64,000 nucleotides of DNA. It comes from Raillietiella orientalis (taxonomy: Eukaryota). Of the stretch, positions 23,600 to 37,156 are shown one piece after another. The position numbers and the translations under genes were made by a program. The notes beneath the pieces were generated by a model. The model worked only from the letters and a program-made list of their open reading frames with translations, was not told where the DNA came from and made no database searches. The stretch spans positions 2,542,001 to 2,606,000 of the forward strand of contig JAYWIR010000026.1 of assembly GCA_036172245.1 (NCBI GenBank). The letters are read 5' to 3'. The stretch's first letter is position 1; each line of letters opens with the position of its first letter.

Positions 23600-24260
23600 A
23601 CGTTCCAATGACCATTGGTTTCGGACATCAGAAATTATCCGGAGTTCCGGCGCGCAGCGGTATACTAAGGGGTGACTGTCTGCACCCCTTGCTCTTTAGA
23701 GCCTACATCGAGTGGATGCTCAGAGATGATGCGCCAGACTGGCCACCTGGTTGTCCTTGTGCTCCGGTATACCTGTCGTGGCGCCGTGTGACGGCGGTCT
23801 TTCGATCAAGCTACCCACGCCAGCTCCGGCAGGTGCGCTCGAGCAGCTCTTCAAGGTCATCGTTCGAGCAGGCGGCATGGTGGTCAACAGGACGAAATCA
23901 TCCGTTTTTATGTATGGTGCGACTTGGTTTGGACGGACGGATGCTGAATCTGCTTGTATATCCCCACGGTTCGGTACGTTAGATACCTCGAAGTAACACT
24001 GGGGCTTGGTCCAAAAGTCCTAACAAGACCTGCTGCAAAATGGCGAGATTTTCAATCCAGATCTGGCCCCGGTGTTGAACATGTTTGTCCTCCTCACCTT
24101 TCGACTCCTGGTTTGTGCTTTCATCACTTTTCCAGTAGCGTGGACTAGCGAACCGAGCACTTCCCGCGAAAGGCCTTATGCGGTAACGCTGGGGAACCAC
24201 GCACGCATAAAAGCCTCGTGAACGCCGCGTCGCGACATCGAGACCGCCATCCAGGCGCTG
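23600..24260 (+). mobile_element. L1-like reverse transcriptase fragment (frameshifted)
   Basis: GILRGDCLHPLLF, PGCPCAP, GMVVNRTKS and IPTVRYVRYLEVTLG are collinear with RT motifs at 56309-57232 and 59904-60398. Confidence 0.8.
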
Positions 24261-24679
24261 TAGATTAAGGCGTGAAACCTATGGTTACTAGTACAGTTCC
24301 GGAGGGAAACTTTTGAAGAATTCATTAGGAATTGTCGGCCCATGCTAATGCCTCGTTCAGTGCGTGTACAAAGTGTCAACTCTGAGAGCCGGACGGCCGA
24401 ATGGCTGCCAAGGGCTCCTGCTTTCCAGAAACGACTGCGGGTACGCACGGAAGTCAATCAAGGAGACTGTCGGCAACTCCACGAGCTCGTATCACTGCAC
24501 GCCTGCCACGTCGGCACCCAAGGCCAATGCTTCCAGTACCTCAATGCACCGATGGAGAGTTGGTGCTTCGCCAAAGCATAGTCCACTCATCCTCTGAAAG
24601 GTGACCTAGGTTCCAAGACTCCCTTCATAAAAGCACATACGTCTTTACAAACTTGAGTGACCAGAGCAGAACTCCTTCA

Positions 24680-25760
24680 TGGACGTCTTTTTTTCTCCAC
24701 CCAATTTACCTTGGACCCACTCACAACGAGGTGAAAATGCGGATTGCGAATGATCTCAGAAACGCCCAATGGGGCGAAGGGAGGTCCCGTTGAAACACCT
24801 GATGAATTCGCGTGGGGATGCCCAACTTGATCTACGTGCACTGAAAGAAGGTGGGGGAGTGTTAAACCATCCACTGTTTCGTTCCTTCCGCCTCTCCATG
24901 GGGGTCACCATAGAGTGAAACTGATTGACGGATGTGCTTGTGCAAAGCCTGCGCGTTCATCCATTTTGACCATTTGCGCCCAAGCTAATATGATCCTAAC
25001 TACCACTCCTCCTAAACGTAGTAGAAAGCAGCGGTCCTGCAGACGAAATTCAGGGTTCTCCGCCCAGAGACCAGTAGTCACGAGTGGAAGAGCACTACAG
25101 CCACGAAGCGCTTACAAGAGCTGCATAAGGCACTGTACATTGGATGGGGTCAATTAACCCCTCCGCAACTGGAGAAGTCCTGGGTGTCAGTCCTATCGTC
25201 GAGTGAAAACACCGATGTTACGCTGACGCCCCTAGAACGGATCGAAGGCTCTTTTTTCTCAGTGGCAAGCAAAGAAAATACAGCCACATATTTCTGGTCA
25301 AAGATCCAGATACATAGCAGTGCCTTCCCGAAAGCGTGAAGCATTTGAATAGAAACGTTCATAGAATGTGCATAGGAGAAGGAAGGAGTTCCTCGAGGAC
25401 AGAGACAGCAAGGCATGCTGTAGGTCGCAGAAGACGTCACTGAAAAATCTCATTCTTTCGATGGCCGCCGAGAAGGCATTGCTGGTATGCAGCCTGCCGA
25501 GGAGAGCGACAGATGCCCGAAACGACAGAAGTCTAGGCAACAACAGCTGGTATGAGGAAGGAGTTCGACCACGGAAACCAAGAATTTCATCGGAAGCTCC
25601 AGCAGGTTCTCTGACTGCCGAAGCATTTGACAGGACGTCGATCTTTGGCTGGTGCACGCGTTTTAAAAGTTTGCCTCCATCTCTCGCCTCGAGCTCGCCG
25701 CATCCGAGTAAATCGAAATACTGCAAGGAAGGCCATGCGCCTCCACGGTCTTCGGCATTT
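24680..25760 (-). pseudogene. F-box (LRR-like) pseudogene, unit A
   Basis: NLLELPMKFLVSVVELLP F-box-like motif at ~25555-25608, frameshift right after it, and downstream LTLPHLLSVHV-type LRR-like pieces with stops. Confidence 0.55.
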
Positions 25761-28700
25761 TACAGAGATGCTAAAATGTCAGATGGGACCATTTGCGGAG
25801 CCCCCTCTGCAACACGACCGCCGCGGTGGACTTCGTTAACGACCCGCTTCTCCTGCTGCTTGTGATGACCGTTGTGCCGCCACTCTAAACATTCCACGGT
25901 TGATGTCCCTGAGAGTAAAAGAGCTAGCAGAAGGTAGGAAATCCGAGCGCTGCCATCGGCACTCCCCGTCAACTCTGTGGCCAGCGCAGGTTTTTCCGCA
26001 GAAGGTGCCGGCGCGGATTCCCTACCAGAATTTTGTCGTGTGGGCGGAAAAACTGCAGCAAGGGGAATCTTCAGTGTTTCTTCCATGAAGGTTAATGCAA
26101 CCTTCTGAATCTACGAGGTGAAGGTGGGTCGTACATTCCCAGGGATGACTGCCACGGACGCGTTCCGTGCACAGGCGGAGCCTTTGACTTCGCTCAAGGT
26201 TTCCTTTCGCGCCGTGCCTGTACGCCACAGGCGGTTTTCCTGTGAAAAGAGATGTTGATCAGGACGCCGAGCAGCAATCTGTCCAGGAAGCCGGCGCACT
26301 CCTGGAGCTCCAGAAGAATGTCCTTCTCGACCCAATGCGTGGCTTGATGAGGGCTGAATGATGACCTGAAGGACCGGCGCTCGCCCTAGACATCCACCAC
26401 GCGATTAAAGAAACGCCAATATTCCGTCTCTCGAGTTCAACACCTGAGTGCGCCTGAAACCACAAGCAGCCGAAGAAAAGTTGCTCCTCCGCACTGCAAA
26501 GAGTACAGCAAAGGCACGCACCGGATTGAGGATGATTGGTGCCATCATTCGGGGTCGTTCATTTCACAGTTTCCCTAGGTTCTAGGAATGAACGTTTGAC
26601 ACGGTGATCAAACGCGTGCTGTCCACATTTCCGTGGGTGTCCTTCGTTAGGGAAGAAACGCACCCCAGGTGATAGGAAAGAGAAGGGCACGTCCCGTGTT
26701 TTAAGGATCAGAGAAGTGCTGGTCAGCACAGAAATGTACACTCTGCCACGAAGCATTCACGAAATTCCGCGTGCAGTGCTTTACGTTTCCTTGGATTCCA
26801 CACAGGAAAGACGCTGTAGACGAGGCGGGGCTGCGATATGATTTTCCAGATCCGGCAGAACCCCAAGGATCCCAACCAGAAACACCTCTTTCAAATTTGC
26901 AGAGCGTGAAGAGCGCGGGACCAAGCGTCCCAATCTTGCTGCCTCCATGGGTCCACCGGAAAAAGCCCAGAAAGGAACGGAGAGCGCGCGCGCGCAGAAT
27001 GGGCGCGAGAAGGGAACGCAAATCGCTCTCCCCTGCTATTGCTGGCCGTGCAGAGCTGCTCCTTCCCTGCATTGCTGGTTGGCATGGGCGCTTCATCACA
27101 TCAGCAGTCTTCACGGAAGGGCGAAAAAGGAGGAGCAGTGAGGGTCCTCTTTTCCCCGGAAACAGACTTCTCCAGGAAGCCACAGTTGCGTTTCCAGGGG
27201 GGGCTCGTGGACTCTCGGAAGCTCACTGAGAACGGAGAGATACCGCGGTCAGGTCTGAGGCACTCGGAGGGCGGTTCACGTAAAGCCTCATTCAATGGAC
27301 GCAAAGCAATGACGGTGATTAGTGGTCCCGCCGGCCGGAAACTTGACTACATTGAGGACGCTTGGCGGATACCACGCCGCAACAGGAAGACTTGTGAAGA
27401 GGATGACCCCGTTAAGCCGTGGATGCTGTTCGGAAACACCAAGCCGCCGTCGTCGGAAGAAACGCAGGCGGTTGCCATGCGAAGAGAGGCCGGAACGGGA
27501 AACGAACGATTTCGGCGTGACGTTTGGAAACATCGAACTTCCTCGCAACGCAAGCCTTGAGATGACTTCAGCAGCAATTTCTAAAAAAGATGGGTGCGTA
27601 CGAGTGAGAAGAATGAGGGTCGTCAGAGCCACACGAATGCAAACACGCAAAGCAGACAGGTGATCTTGTGCAGCAAGAGTGCACATCCCGAAGAGGCGGG
27701 ACATCTTTGATTGCTACGTCAGCCGAAGACGCTGCCAGGCATAAGCATCCACCAAGAGCACGGATCGCGAAGGCGTGTCGACTCATAACGGCCGTCCCAC
27801 ACGCTATCCACGTTTCGAAAATATTTATAAATTTCAGCAACGTTTTCGTTTTCAGCTCTGAAGAGGAAGTCAGTTGTCCTCTGTGCATTCCAAGGAAGCT
27901 GGTGCAGTGTGGATAGGCGGCGACATGGTCCTCTGGGTTCAGCGGTGGATTCTCGGATTCCTTCCACTCTTGTATTTGGTATCTGCGATTTCAATGATTT
28001 CGATGATTCGCACTCAAATTTCTCGATGTCACATCCGGAATTTACTCGATCAAGTTGGCGGTGACTGCTTCCCGGGTGGGATCTCCCATGAATTGGCGCG
28101 AAAAGGACGTGGTCCACTGTTTCGCAGCATCGGTTTCACTCCAGCCATGAGATTGCAGATTGGAGCTGCTGACTGAGATCCGATACAGCTTTCTGAATGT
28201 TTATTTTCTGTCGAGACTAGAAGAGAAGGACGAAAACACAGAAGAATGGAGAATCTCCTTCTCAAGAGACCCGTCCTCGAGATTCTTTCTTCCGTCATGG
28301 ATGCAGCGAAAAGAAGTGGCTGCCACATTGCGTTCTCACGAAGCTGCAGCTGCCTTACGAGGACATCCCGTGGACCGAATCGTGCGAGACTATCTCAGTC
28401 GACCTGCGAGGCGTGATTGCGTTTGAGTGCGTCGTGGGGGCACACGAGACACGCCGCTTCGTTGCTCCCATAAGACCGGCGATTCTGGTGACCCGATGAC
28501 CCAAACCAGAGCAGCAAAGGGATTCCTGCATCCATTTGCTAAGGACATCTGGAAAAGATTGTCCGTATTTGCACGTTTGACCGCTATTTGCGCTGCTGCA
28601 CACTTCGCCTAATGCCAGGCGATCCACCTAGAGAAGGGCAGGGCTTCCTCCTTTCCGAGTAACGTCCACGCAACCCTTCCTCGATTCGTTAGAAACCCAA

Positions 28701-29571
28701 AGGATAGTCGGCATGGTTTGAGTGTTTGCCTTGTTCGCACCGTGCGGAGAGCCAGCTTCTTTGTGGTCACGGAAATCGTTTAGCCACTTGTAGATAGGAA
28801 GGGCTCCTTTCCGCCCACCGAGCTGCGACGTCCGCAGGAAAGTGAATGAAGGAACGTTTTGTGTTGCCTTTGCAAAACGATGCGTTGGGCGATCCGCTGC
28901 CATAGCACGGAGCCACTGATTTGCTGAGGACGTACTCAAACCGTTCATGGTACATAAGCACTGCATTTGTACAGTTCCCTGCATGCAGCAAAGATGGCGC
29001 GCTGCTTCTTTCCAATGCTTCCGTTGCTCATTCACCGTCGAACGGGCGTTTGGGTGTTCGGAGATGTTCGTTTCGTATTGCGTGTCGGAGTCCTTCATTC
29101 CGTTCCCAATGAATCTCTTGGTGCTGCGCAGGACGAAAGGAAACTAATAGGCATGAAATGGCCCGACTTTCCTTTCTCCATTGACATGCTCTTTGAGGTT
29201 GCAAGAGGTTACGGGCAGAGGCCGTTGAGTTCCTTGGTGCGTCCAGGAAGTGCTCATAATGGAAACTCCGTCTGCACGAAGGTGAATGTCAGAGGGATTA
29301 TGGATCACTCACATCGGCTCCTTACGGCTCCACCTCGTTCTTTACACTAGGACATAGGCGACCTGATATTGCCTTTGCAGGGAAATCGAAAGACACTTGT
29401 AGGGGTCAGGGGACAGCTGAGACTAAACCTAGGAAAAATTCGGGCAACTCTAAAGGTCTCGGATAGCTATCAGTACGTTGCTCTTTCCTAGCATGCATCG
29501 GACTTGTTACTGAATTGCTTCGAGCAAATCGTGGTGGAAGACTGGAGGGTTCACCTCTTCCCTATGTAAAG

Positions 29572-30967
29572 GAAAAGTGTTCCAGGGTCGAGCCGACCAG
29601 GATGTAGCTGACCAGCGAATTCCGGACTTCTTGCGAGTTGACCAAAACTCTACGAGCTTCATCGTGCCTGGTCAGACTATTTTCCAAGATCGCTTCATCG
29701 TTCAAACACTGACTGGAGGTTGCATTCTGAACGCCAATGTCGGAGGAAGATTCGACACCGTTGTTTTCTCCACACCCAACTTCCCGAACAACTTTCCAGC
29801 GAACACAGCTTGCACTTTGGGTCTTCTGGTAAGCAGCGGAGTTGCTGGTGGGGACGATCCACAACTTCTATCTAGCCAAACGACATCCGGACATCACCGG
29901 AGAACGTCTTCGGGAGGTTTGACAACCGTTTCGCTCTGGGAGCAGGTGGCATTCTGACTTTTGAGGACATCTTGCGCAGGAGAAAGTAAGATCCGTGTGT
30001 ACTCATTCCGCGCAGCTGCGCTCACGCTGGATCGTGTTGAACCGCCGGCGCCGCGAAGACACGCACCTCACCCGGGTGCCAAGGCCGCTCACCGGTGCAA
30101 GTCCCTTTCAGAATCCGGGTTCAAGGGGATTTGCCGACGTTTCCCTACGTGGAAGTGTTCCTGCCCACTACGATCACCTTCCAGGGGGTTGCAGCTGCTG
30201 GTGGCTTCCAGCTCACCTTGTGCATGGTGCCCAACGCGTTCCAGGTTACGTCCCAACGGCGAACGCTGACGACCCTCATCTCACCCGCCCTGGTGCAGCA
30301 GCTGGCGGTTCCACAACAAATGCTTTCCTTGCTTGTACGGGTACGTGATGAACCCATTCGATGACCCGAAATCAGATCACCTCGCCGGGTGTCCTTCTTC
30401 CGGAAGTCCGCGCTCCTACTGGAGCAAAACTTCCGGCGCGCGCCTCCTTGCAAATGCGCGGGCATTTCCTGCTCAGCTAATGGACAGCCCAAAGGGGGTT
30501 GGCGCTTCTTGGGTTTCGAGGGACGAGTTCTCGGGGCGGCCTTCCTGGTGGAGGAAACGAAATTAGTGCGGATGAGCGTTGCTGCGCGCCTGCGTGCTGA
30601 AACTAGCTCTACGAGTTCGCAGCGCCCGGAGGCGGGGGGTGGCCCTACTGCGATGGAATTCCAGGATCCGACTTAAAGGGTTGTGTGAGGGTTCAATCAA
30701 TTCTCCTTGCAGCCGGGATCAGCTTGCCGATTTGTCACCGTCACCTTGATCAACGTGAACATTCTTGCCAACGAGACGGTATCGATAGGCAGAAATGGGC
30801 AGAATCTTCCGCCCATTGGCATCCAGACGATCGACGGTCCAAGAACTACCGGCCTCACCGTGGTTTCCAACCGAGATAAAGCCATAGTCTTGTTCTACTA
30901 CACGGATAACAACGAGCAAGGAATACAGGGAAGGTTCAACGTCCAGTATTCCTGCAGGATCCGATGA
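29572..30967 (+). CDS. CUB-like domain protein, copy A; exons 29572-29828, 29876-29985, 30112-30334, 30713-30967; 5' exon(s) unresolved
   Basis: GGC...FSTPNFPNNFPANTACTLGLL (CUB first half) and ...SNRDKAIVLFYYTDNNEQGIQGRFNVQY (CUB end). GT-AG introns have matching phases. Differences between copies include many synonymous changes. AATAAA at 30988-30993. Confidence 0.75.
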
Positions 30968-31399
30968 TCTTATTAAGGATAAAACTGAATAAACAGCACA
31001 AGGACTTTCATTTTAGGGGAAAACGGGGTTGATCTTCGTGGTTTAAGTTCGGTATTTATCGAAGAATGAGTCAAAGAAAAGACTTTCCTGATTTCTTTTC
31101 GCTCCACGGATATCTCCTGTGGAAGACACCAACCGACGCCAATAGGTCCGCATCTCATGGGGTTATTCGTGATACGTCCGACCAGCACTATGCAGAGACG
31201 GAAGCTGGGTTGTAGGACTGAGACCAACGACCGAGTATCCAGCCTATTTCTTTCGGCATATACGGATGAGGCAGCCATGCAGACGTTGCTCCTGTTTTCC
31301 AAGATGGCCGACCTCTGCATCCCGTGGACCGGTGGTATTGCTCTGTCTCACTAGCAGTAGGAGACCAGTCGGAATCTCCAGTTGCCATCGTTGTGGATA

Positions 31400-31870
31400 T
31401 CCGGATACAGCACTGTCCTTCCTAGGAATCCGTTCGTAAAGATTGTTTCTGCTGTTCTTCCGCAGGTGATCTGCTTTTCTCTTCGAAGTTACAAAAGTAC
31501 GGTAGTGTTGTTGTTACTTCAATTCTTCGAACTTTGCTCCCTTCCTTCAGTCTCCCTTCCGCAATTTCCGCTCACCCTTCATTCGTTTGCGGTCTTCACC
31601 AACTCCATCCTCTTTTCTAATAGAACACCTTCGTTGCCCCGCTTCTTCCTTTCCGGCATTTCCTATTTTTCCACATTCCTCACACGAAGCATCCCTTTGT
31701 CCGCAACCTCCCCTCATCTCGCCTGTCAGTTCCCTTCCTTCCTTTTGCTCACCTACTGGCAATCGGTCTCTTCCTCCTCCTCTCTTTCTTCAAAATCTTT
31801 TTGCCTTTACCACTTTTCCAACCTTTCTTTCCTTTTCTATCCCTTCTCCCTTTACGCCAGAACGATTCAC
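31400..31870 (-). mobile_element. Degenerate retroelement gag/ORF1-like Lys/Glu-rich segment (longer copy at ~42880-43830)
   Basis: Strong purine skew on the minus strand. CEECGKIGNAGKE resembles a decayed CCHC knuckle. Many stops. Confidence 0.3.
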
Positions 31871-33000
31871 TAATTCCGCTTGACGCTTTCGGGATGACAC
31901 TGCGATGTATTTGGATCTCCAACCAGAAATACATGGCTGCATCTTCTGGGCTTGCCACTGAGAATTAGAAGTCTACGAGCCGTTCGATGAGCGTCTGCCA
32001 AGGGTTTTCTGCTGATTTTTTGGTTGCTTTCTGCCCAATTAAGAAACAACAGGGTCCTTCCTGGTTTCGTTTTATTCCTCCTGGAATGGCCGCTCATCCT
32101 CCCAGATGGCAGGGCTTTCACTCTCTGGATATGCGCTGCCACTCCTGGGATTCCTGGACCTGAAAATTGCCCGTTCACAGCATGAAAAACACTGAGCGTA
32201 CCCACACCCACACAACAGGTGGATCGGAGTCGTTCTGGGGAAACCCGGACTTCCCTGGGAACGTGCGGGGCGGATCCATGGTTCCCACCGATAGCCAGAG
32301 GAGCGGCTCCTCTTTGTGTGCGAGGGCCGCAACCGAAGAGTGCCACCAGGAGCGCGCCATCAGTCCGGAAATGTCCAAAAAGTCGCAGTACAGAGCGAGA
32401 GACCCGCCGTTCCCTTGGCAATTGCACCTACCTCCTTCGCAATCCACCACGGGGCTGCCGCTGAGCACAGACCGCATTCCAGCCAGGTCTCTTCAGATGG
32501 CATCCGGAAGAAGTAATGGTAATGAGCCTGCGCTCCACAAAATGAAAGTTTCGCGGAGCAAATGCCTTCAACTTCCTGGTCCGTTTTTTGCTTTTTGTTT
32601 GTTTTGTGGAATGAAGCGTATCGTATTAAACGGTCTCGGCCATCTTGGGCATTGTGTGCAGAGGTGCAATGGGGAGTTGGACGCTGCCCATTCTCGTTGC
32701 GGCGTCTCGGCCGAGCCGAGTCCACCTGGAGAAAAAGAAGAGCTGTCGACCTCTGAAGTCGCCTCACGCGAGGCCTCGGAGGGTGCCTTCCCCTTTATGC
32801 CCAACTAATTTGATCGTTTCCTTTCTTCCGCTTCTTTTCCCCCTTCCACCTTTCACATTTCCTTCTTAGAACGAACATCGCTCCTACTTTGTCCATTCTT
32901 CCAGTTTGATTTCCAAGGCGCTCATCCTCTCCCCCTTTTCACCCCAAATTGTGCTTAACACGTGACACTTTACGGAGCAGCTACATCCGGTGGTTTGCTC

Positions 33001-33335
33001 CGCAAGGCATGCTGTAGGTCGCAGCAGACGTCACTGAAAAATCGTATTCTTTCGATCGCCGCCCAGAAAACATTGCTGGCACGCAACCATCAGAAAAGAG
33101 CGACAGATGGCCGAAAGATGAAGTTGGTATGCGGAAGGCGTTCGAACACGTCAATCAGGAATTCCATCGGAAGCTCCAGCAGGTTCTGTGACTGCCGAAG
33201 CATTTGACAGGACGTCGATCTTTCGCTGGTGCACGCGTTCAACGAGGTTGCCTCCATCTCTCGCCACGAGCGCGCCGCATCCGAGAGAAGCGAAATACTG
33301 CAAGCAAGGCCACGCGCCCCCACGGTCTTCAGCAT
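33001..33335 (-). pseudogene. F-box pseudogene fragment, unit B
   Basis: NLLELPMEFLIDVFERLPHTNFIFRPSVALF*WLRASNVFWAAIERIRF, with an in-frame TGA at 33090-33092. Truncated at 33001 by the A/B junction. Confidence 0.65.
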
Positions 33336-36300
33336 TTTATGGAGATGCTAAACTGTCAGTTGGGTCCATTTGCGGAGCCCCCTTTGCAACACGACCGCCG
33401 CGGTGGACTTCATTAACGACCCGCTTCTCCTGCTGCTTGTGATGACCGTTGCACCGTCACTGTAGACGTTCCACGGTTGATGTCCCTCAGAATAAAAGAG
33501 CTCGCAGACAAAAGCAAATCCAAGCGCTGCCATCGGCAATCCCCGTCAACTCTGTGGTCAGCGCAGGTTTTTCGGCAGAAAGTGCCGGCGCGGCTTCCCT
33601 ACCAGAATTTTGTCGTGTGGAACGGAAAAACTGCAGGCAGAGAAAACTGCAGTGTTTCTTCCATGAAAGGCATTGCATCCCTCTGAATCGACGAGATGAA
33701 GGTGGGTCGCCACTCATCAGGGAATATTGCCACGGACGCGTTCCGTGCACAGGCGGAGCCTTTGACTTCGCTCAAGGTTTCCTTTCGCGCCGTGCCTGTA
33801 CGCCACAGGCGGTTTTCCTGTGAAAAGAGACGTTGATCAGGACGCCGAGCAGCAATCTGTCCAGGAAGCCGGCGCACTCCTGGAGCTCCAGAAGAATGTC
33901 CTTCTCGACCCAATGCGTGGCTTGATGAGGGCTGAATGATGACCTGAAGGACCGGCGCTCGCCCTAGACATCCACCACGCGATTAAAGAAACGCCAATAT
34001 TCCGTCTCTCGAGTTCAACACCTGAGTGCGCCTGGAACCACAAGCAGCCGAAGAAAAGTTGCTCCTCCGCACTGCAAAGAGTACAGCGAGCACGCACCGG
34101 ATTGAGGATGATTGGTGCCATCATTCGGGGTCACGTTCATCTCACAGTTTCCCTGGTTCTAGGAATGAGGGTTTGACACGGTGATCAAACGCGTGCTGTC
34201 CACATTTCCGTGGGTGTCCTTTAGTTAGGAAGGGCCGCGCTTTAGCAGATAGGAAAGAAGAGCGCGTCTGGTGTTTTTAAGGATCAGAGAAGTGCTGGTC
34301 AGCACAGAAATGTAAGGTCTTCACACGGGGTATTTGGTGAAATTCCGCTTGCGGTGCTTCAGGAGATCCTTGAATTCCCCACAGGAGAAGACGTTTATGT
34401 GATGCAGGGCTGCAATATGATTTTCCGATCAGGGTAACCACCAAGGATGCCAACCAAAAACAGGGCTTTCCGACTTGCAGGCTTTTGGGGCGTGCGTCGA
34501 ACCGTTCCCAATATGGCTGCCTCCATGCGTCCACCGGAAAAAGCCCAGAAAGGAACGGAGAGCGCGCGCGCGCAGGATGGGCGCGAGAAGGGAACGCAAA
34601 TCGCTCTCCCCTGCTATTGCTGGCCGTGCAGAGCTGCTTCTTCCCTGCATTGCTGGTTGGCATGGGCGCTTCATCACATCAGCAGTCTTCACGGAAGGGC
34701 GAAAAAAGAGGAGCAGTGAGGGCCGTCTTTTCCGCGGAGCCGGTCTTCTGCAGGAATGCACAGAGGTGATTTCGAGAGCTCGTGGAGACGCGCAAACCCT
34801 TGCAGAACGGAGGGATTCCGGCGGTGAGGTCTGAGGCACTCGAAGAATGTATATCATCCACCCTCATCCAGTGAACACAGAGCAATGACGGTGCATCCTC
34901 GTCCTGGTGGACGGGACGTTGGCCACCTTGAGAACGCTTGGCGGATACCACGCCGCCACAGAAAGGCTTGTGAAGAGGCTCACCCCTCGAAGCCGGTGCT
35001 GGTGTTCAGGAACACCAAGGGGTGGTCGGCGTAAGAAACGCAGGCGGTTGCATGGCGAAGAGAGGCCGGAACGGGAAACGAACGCTTTCGGCGTGACGTT
35101 TGGAAACATCGAACTTCCTCGCAACGCATGCCTTGAGATGACTTCAGCAGCCATTTCTAAAAAAGATGGGTACGTACGAGTGGGAAGAATGAGGGTCGTC
35201 AGAGCCACACGAATGCAAACACGCAAAGCAGACAGGTGATCTTCTGCAGTAAGTGTGCACATCCCGAAGAGGCGGGACATCTTTGATTGCTACGTCAGCC
35301 GAAGACGCTACCAGGCGAAATCATCCACCAAAAGCACGGATTGCGAAGGCGTGTCGACTCATAACGGCCGTCCCACACGCTATCCACGTTTCGAGAAAAT
35401 TCATAAATCTCGCTAACGTTTTCAGCTCTGAAGAGGAAGTCAGTTGTCCTCTGTGCATTCCAAGGAAGTTGGTGCTGTGTGGATAGGCGGCGACATGGTG
35501 CTCTCGGTGGAGCGGTGGATTCTCGGAATGCTTCCACTCTTGTATTTGGTATCTGAGATTTCAATGATTTTGATGATTCGCACTCAAAATTCTCGATGCC
35601 GCTCCTGGGATTTACCGAGTGCGCTTTCGATTAAGTTGGCGGTGACGGCTGCCCGGGTGGGCTCTCCCATGAATTGGCGCGAAAAGGACGTGGTTCACTG
35701 TTTTGCAGCATCGGTTTCACTCCAGCTGTGCGATTGCAGATTGGAGCCTCTGATTGAGATCTACTGCAGCTGGCCCGATTTCTATTTTCTGTCGTGACTC
35801 GAACAGAAGCAAGGAAAACACAGAATAACGGAGAATCTCCTTCGCTAGAGCCCCATGCTGAGGTTTTTTTCTTCCGTAATGGGTGCAGCGAAAAGAAGTG
35901 GCTGCCACATCGCGTTCTCACGGAGCTGCAGCCGCCTTACCATGACATCACGTGGACCGAATCGTGCGAGACTCTATCTCAGTCGACCTGCGAGGCGTGG
36001 TTGCGTTTGAGTGCGTCGTGGGGGCACACGAGACACGCCGCTTCGTTGCTCCCATAAGACCGGCGATTCTGGTGACCCGATGACCCAAACCAGAGCAGCA
36101 AAGGGATTCCTGCATCCATTTGCTAAGGACATCTGGAAAAGATTGTCCGTATTTGCACGTTTGACCGCTATTTGCGCTGCTGCACACTTCGCCTAATGCC
36201 AGGCGATCCACCTAGAGAAGGGCAGGGCTTCCTCCTTTCCGAGTAACGTCCACGCAACCCTTCCTCGATTCGTTAGAAACCCAAAGGATAGTCGGCATGG

Positions 36301-37156
36301 TTTGAGTGTTTGCCTTGTTCGCACCGTGCGGAGAGCCAGCTTCTTTGTGGTCACGGAAATCGTTTAGCCACTTGTAGATAGGAAGGGCTCCTTTCCGCCC
36401 ACCGAGCTGCGACGTCCGCAGGAAAGTGAATGAAGGAACGTTTTGTGTTGCTTTTGCAAAACGATGCGTTGGGCGATCCGCTGCCATAGCACGGAAGCAC
36501 TGATTTGCTGAGGACGTACTCAAACCGTTCATGGTACATAATCACTGCATTTGTACAGTGCCCTGCAGGCAGCAAAGATGGCGCGCTGCTTCTTTCCAAT
36601 GCTTCCGTTGCTCATTCACCGTCGAACGGGCGTTTGGGTGTTCGGAGATGTTCGTTTCGTATTGCGTGTCGGAGTCCTTCATTCCGTTCCCTATGAATCT
36701 CTTGGTGCTGCGCAGGACGAAAGGAAACTAAGAGGCATGAAATGGCCCGACCTTCCTTTCTCCATTGTCATGCTCTTTGGGGTTGCAAGAGGTTACGGGA
36801 GGAGGCCGTTGAGTTCCTTGGCGCGTCCAGGATTGTGCTCATAATGGAAAGTCCGTATGCCGGAAGGTGAATGTCAAAGGGATTACGGATCACTCACATC
36901 TTGTCCTTACGGCTCCACCTCGTTCTTTACACTAGGACATACGCGACCTGATATTGCCTTTACAGGGAAATCGAAAGACACTTGTAGGGGTCAGGGAGAA
37001 GCTGAGACTAAACCTAGGAAAAATTCGGGCAACTCTAAAGGTCTCGGATAGCTATCAGTACGTGGCTCTTGCCTAGCATGCATCGGACTTGTTACTGAAT
37101 TGCTTTGATGATACCGGGGTGGAGGACGGGAAGGTGCACCTGGTGTTCTTTTGAAG

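Larger units (their letters stand above)
25300..33000 (+). repeat. Tandem segmental duplication unit A (shorter, more diverged)
   Basis: Collinear with 33001-38580, with 43400-44941 and with 45643 onward. The CUB exon at 29572 corresponds to 37157 (offset 7585). Confidence 0.95.

Noticed and set aside
27920..27985. MVLWVQRWILGFLPLLYL as the CUB gene signal-peptide exon
   Set aside because: It is hydrophobic and has a donor, but the donor is phase 0 while the CUB exon needs phase 1, and I found no linking exon. Left unresolved.
29966..29985. 6- or 20-nt micro-exon in the CUB gene
   Set aside because: A TAG acceptor at 29875 gives a normal 47-nt intron and a 110-nt exon that is open in all three copies.
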